64,000 nucleotides of DNA, taken from positions 5,614-69,613 of the forward strand of contig JAJSAD010000044.1 in NCBI GenBank assembly GCA_024281375.1. Direction: 5' to 3'. Made by a program: the position numbers and the translations under genes. This DNA is from Alphaproteobacteria bacterium (GTDB lineage Bacteria; Pseudomonadota; Alphaproteobacteria; Caedimonadales; UBA9215). Under the pieces are notes generated by a model that was given only the letters and a program-made list of their open reading frames with translations, had not been told where the DNA came from and made no database searches. Of the stretch, positions 61,472 through 64,000 are shown one piece after another (position 1 is the stretch's first letter; each line of letters opens with the position of its first letter).

Positions 61472-62182
61472 ATGTTAAAAAAATACGCACTCCCCCTCGC
61501 TCTTGTGTGTCTCTCCTCTTGCGCACAACTGAATTCACCACAACATAAGGCCCTTACGATGACAGCCCCTATCCAAGAAAACCCTGATTACGTTGTGATT
61601 AATAATGAAGAACAATCGGAAGACCAACGCGCCGTTTTAAGAACACCTGCTCAAAAGGTTCGTTTTCCCCTCAATAAGGAGGATAAGAGATTATTGGATA
61701 TTCTCGTTACAAAATATGACGGCGAAGAAAATATTGCGGGCCTGGCTGCCCCCCAAGTGGGTATCCCTAAACAAATGATTGTCTTTGCGGCTCTCGATGA
61801 TCCAGAACTTAAAAAATGGCGACCCGATTTAGTGCAAACCATGGATAAAACCATTTGGATCAACCCAACGTACGACGGTATTGGAGACGATAAACACGAA
61901 GATTACGAAGGATGTTTTTCTGTCCATGATCTTGCGGGCCCCGTGAAACGTTTCACAAAGATTCGCTACGCGGCAACTCTGCCAGATGGCACAAATGTTA
62001 CAGGAGAAGCCGAAGGATTTCTCGCCCGTATCATCCAACATGAAGTTGATCACCTGAATAGTACCCTTTGTATTGACCTTATGCCTAAAGATAAAATCTT
62101 GACCCTTGAGGAGTACCGACAAATGCGGGCTGATCGCGTAGAGGCATCATCTGATGACGACAGTAATCAAGAGCCTTCTTAG
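61472..62182 (+). CDS. def: peptide deformylase with N-terminal lipoprotein-type signal and acidic C-terminal tail
   Basis: PDF motifs GLAAPQVG, EGCFSV and QHEVDHL. The N-terminus MLKKYALPLALVCLSSC matches a lipobox. 236 aa, against the usual ~170. Confidence 0.8.
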   Translation: MLKKYALPLALVCLSSCAQLNSPQHKALTMTAPIQENPDYVVINNEEQSEDQRAVLRTPAQKVRFPLNKEDKRLLDILVTKYDGEENIAGLAAPQVGIPKQMIVFAALDDPELKKWRPDLVQTMDKTIWINPTYDGIGDDKHEDYEGCFSVHDLAGPVKRFTKIRYAATLPDGTNVTGEAEGFLARIIQHEVDHLNSTLCIDLMPKDKILTLEEYRQMRADRVEASSDDDSNQEPS

Positions 62183-62220
62183 ATATCTTTATAACATGAA
62201 CGCGTTCTATAGAGCTCTTT

Positions 62221-63021
62221 CTAAACAGCTTTAGCCTTTGGAGCTTCAGGAGAAAGAGGGGCACCGTCTTTAGGAGAAGACTTTTCAGAAGCAGCCTTTT
62301 CTTTGGCCTTCCCACTAGAAACGGGATTACCAAATTCATCTTCATCGCGGGGTTCGCGCAAGACATAGCCTCGTCCCCAAACGGTTTCGATGTAGTTCTT
62401 TCCATCTAAATAATCGGCCAATTTCTTACGAAGCTTACACACAAATACGTCGATAATTTTGAATTCAGGCTCTTCCATACCACCGTAGAGGTGATTCAAG
62501 AATACTTCTTTGGACAAGGTCGCCCCTTTACGAATGGCAAGAAGTTCAAGGATAGCATACTCACGGCCCGTTAGACGAACTGGTTCTCCTTTAGCTTCAA
62601 CGGTTTTGGTATTGAGATCAATTTTCAGTTCTCCAACGGTAATAAGAGAATTGGAATGCCCTTGGGAACGACGGATGATAGCACGCACACGGGCCACAAC
62701 TTCCTCTTTATTAAAGGGCTTTGTAATATAGTCATCTGCCCCAAAACCAAGGCCTTTAATTTTATCATCAATATCCGCCAAGCCCGATAAAATAAGAACT
62801 GGAGTGGCAACGCGCACAGCCCGCAGACGGCGTAAAATTTCATATCCATCAATATCCGGGAGCATTAAATCAAGAATAATAAGATCATATTCATAGTGAC
62901 GTGCGATTTCTAAACCATCTTCACCGATGGCTGTCGTATCACAAACAAACCCTTCCGACTTTAAAGAAAGCTGAAGAGTTTTTGCTGTTGCTTGATCGTC
63001 TTCAATTACAAGAACACGCAT
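62221..63021 (-). CDS. ctrA: cell-cycle response regulator CtrA (OmpR family) with a Lys/Glu/Pro-rich C-terminal extension
   Basis: MRVLVIEDD...[22 protein letters not shown]...[29 protein letters not shown]. Winged helix [12 protein letters not shown]...[14 protein letters not shown]. ~40 extra C-terminal residues. Confidence 0.85.
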   Translation of the reverse strand: MRVLVIEDDQATAKTLQLSLKSEGFVCDTTAIGEDGLEIARHYEYDLIILDLMLPDIDGYEILRRLRAVRVATPVLILSGLADIDDKIKGLGFGADDYITKPFNKEEVVARVRAIIRRSQGHSNSLITVGELKIDLNTKTVEAKGEPVRLTGREYAILELLAIRKGATLSKEVFLNHLYGGMEEPEFKIIDVFVCKLRKKLADYLDGKNYIETVWGRGYVLREPRDEDEFGNPVSSGKAKEKAASEKSSPKDGAPLSPEAPKAKAV

Positions 63022-63083
63022 ATCGCCACCTATTATTTTTTATTATTTGTAACACTTCCTATAGTATCATAGGTTAATAATTA

Positions 63084-63099
63084 TTAACAATACATTAAC
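63084..63099 (+). promoter_or_regulatory. CtrA-type box TTAA-N7-TTAAC upstream of ctrA
   Basis: TTAACAATACATTAAC, ~65-80 nt upstream of the ctrA ATG (63021, minus). Confidence 0.4.
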
Positions 63100-63267
63100 A
63101 AACATTATATTTTTTGTCTTAATGTCATTAATAGCGCTCTAACACCTTGGTTTTAATGAGTTCAACTTTTAGCAAGAAACAACCACAGTCCTTTCTTCAA
63201 AAATCATTGTCTTTTAATCTGTACTCTATATGATAAGAGCGATCAGGGAAAGGAGGACATAAAGTCT

Positions 63268-63981
63268 ATGTTAAAAACAACATATCATAAAACTCTTAGG
63301 GCTTTTAGCCTTGTTGAGCTCGCCATTGCCCTTGTTATTATCGGCCTCCTCATTGGTGCCGTCCTAAAGGGACAAGAGCTTTTAGCCAGTGCCCGACTTA
63401 AAACCATCATCACTCAGCTCAATCAATATCGTCTCGCCACAAATACCTTTGTGGATCGTTATGGTTCCTTGCCGGGCGACTATGACAAGGCCTCTTCCTA
63501 TATTAAAGAGGACCTGAAAAATGGTAATAATAATGGCATGATTGAGGGATTAGGTTTGTCGGCAGGCGGCGGTAATTTTGATCATGAAGCCACGTCCTTT
63601 TGGGCGCATCTTGCGGCCGCAGAGCTTATCCCAGATCCAGGCACCTCAACCAATAGCGGCAGTACGATCTCTTTTGACGCGGGGGCTCCTGCTACCAAAA
63701 TAGGCGGTGGTATTACAATTGCCCATACACCTCTCAAAGACCTGAATGGTCATTGGTTTATCATCGGCTCTCAAAATGGCACAAGAAATAATGCCGCCCT
63801 TCTGACCCCTCTTGAAACATTGAGTCTTGCCAAGAAAATGGATACGGAAGACCCCTTTTCAGGAAGCGTCCAAATGCGCAATGGTACACAAACAAGCGGA
63901 AATTCTTTGTGTCTTAAAGCCAATAATATTTTAAATACGAGTAATAAAAACCCTGCCTGTGTGATGTATGTCAAACTTTAA
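63268..63981 (+). CDS. prepilin-type N-terminal methylation-domain protein (type IV pilin / pseudopilin-like)
   Basis: KTLRAFSLVELAIALVIIGLLIGAVLKG is a class III signal with Glu at +5 (Ala instead of Gly at -1). 237 aa with a C-terminal Cys pair. Confidence 0.75.
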   Translation: MLKTTYHKTLRAFSLVELAIALVIIGLLIGAVLKGQELLASARLKTIITQLNQYRLATNTFVDRYGSLPGDYDKASSYIKEDLKNGNNNGMIEGLGLSAGGGNFDHEATSFWAHLAAAELIPDPGTSTNSGSTISFDAGAPATKIGGGITIAHTPLKDLNGHWFIIGSQNGTRNNAALLTPLETLSLAKKMDTEDPFSGSVQMRNGTQTSGNSLCLKANNILNTSNKNPACVMYVKL

Positions 63982-64000
63982 GATTTCTTCTTTTCTAACA

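Noticed and set aside
62221-62340. The CtrA C-terminal Lys/Glu/Pro-rich extension as a separate finding.
   Set aside because: It is low-complexity, and I cannot judge by eye whether it is lineage-typical. It is noted in the feature only.

Overview
This 64-kb window looks like the chromosome of an alphaproteobacterium with an obligate-intracellular or symbiont lifestyle. That reading is an inference from several features: an ATP/ADP translocase (tlc), ctrA, nuoA-I in alphaproteobacterial order, a 17-kDa-antigen-type glycine-zipper lipoprotein, many orphan signal-peptide/Sel1/TPR proteins, decaying genes and a MITE-like repeat family. Housekeeping content: nuoABCDEFGHI (the operon stops after nuoI), fliI, ybeY-corC, tkt-gap, yacG-rng, ssb, gyrA, lpxC, tlc, SRP RNA (not in the ORF track), groES-groEL, a Xer-type recombinase, rpmI-rplT, aspS, rnd, ihfA, ettA, def, ctrA, three tRNAs and one tRNA fragment.

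The best candidate for an undescribed system is a translationally coupled three-gene cassette at 19260-23062. Gene 1 is a 448-aa protein with five CxxC pairs plus a GGDEF-like domain. That domain has lost its active site (HDGHIF) but keeps an RxxD I-site at the canonical spacing. Gene 2 is a processive family-2 glycosyltransferase (QRMRW). Gene 3 is a HlyD-type periplasmic adaptor. I read the cassette as a c-di-GMP-gated synthase-dependent exopolysaccharide module of unusual architecture. A globin-coupled GGDEF-EAL enzyme and a globin-coupled MCP elsewhere in the window could supply its input.

Other notable observations:
- A ~100-bp palindromic repeat family sits at gene 3' ends, with two copies abutting the host stop codon.
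- A single-gene lipoprotein cassette is flanked by ~115-bp direct repeats made from the yacG 3' end.
- Three single-T deletions in short T-runs break ybeY, gyrA and an MFS gene.
- A nonsense codon interrupts a nucleotide-sugar dehydrogenase.
- An exact 16-mer palindrome (TTGACAAATAGTCAAA) recurs in the window.
- CtrA-type TTAA-N7-TTAAC boxes lie in front of ctrA, the MCP and the GGDEF-EAL gene.
- An inverted tRNA-Arg 3' fragment is present.
- The peptide deformylase carries a lipoprotein signal.

All functional calls come from motif-level reading of the translations. No database search was run.
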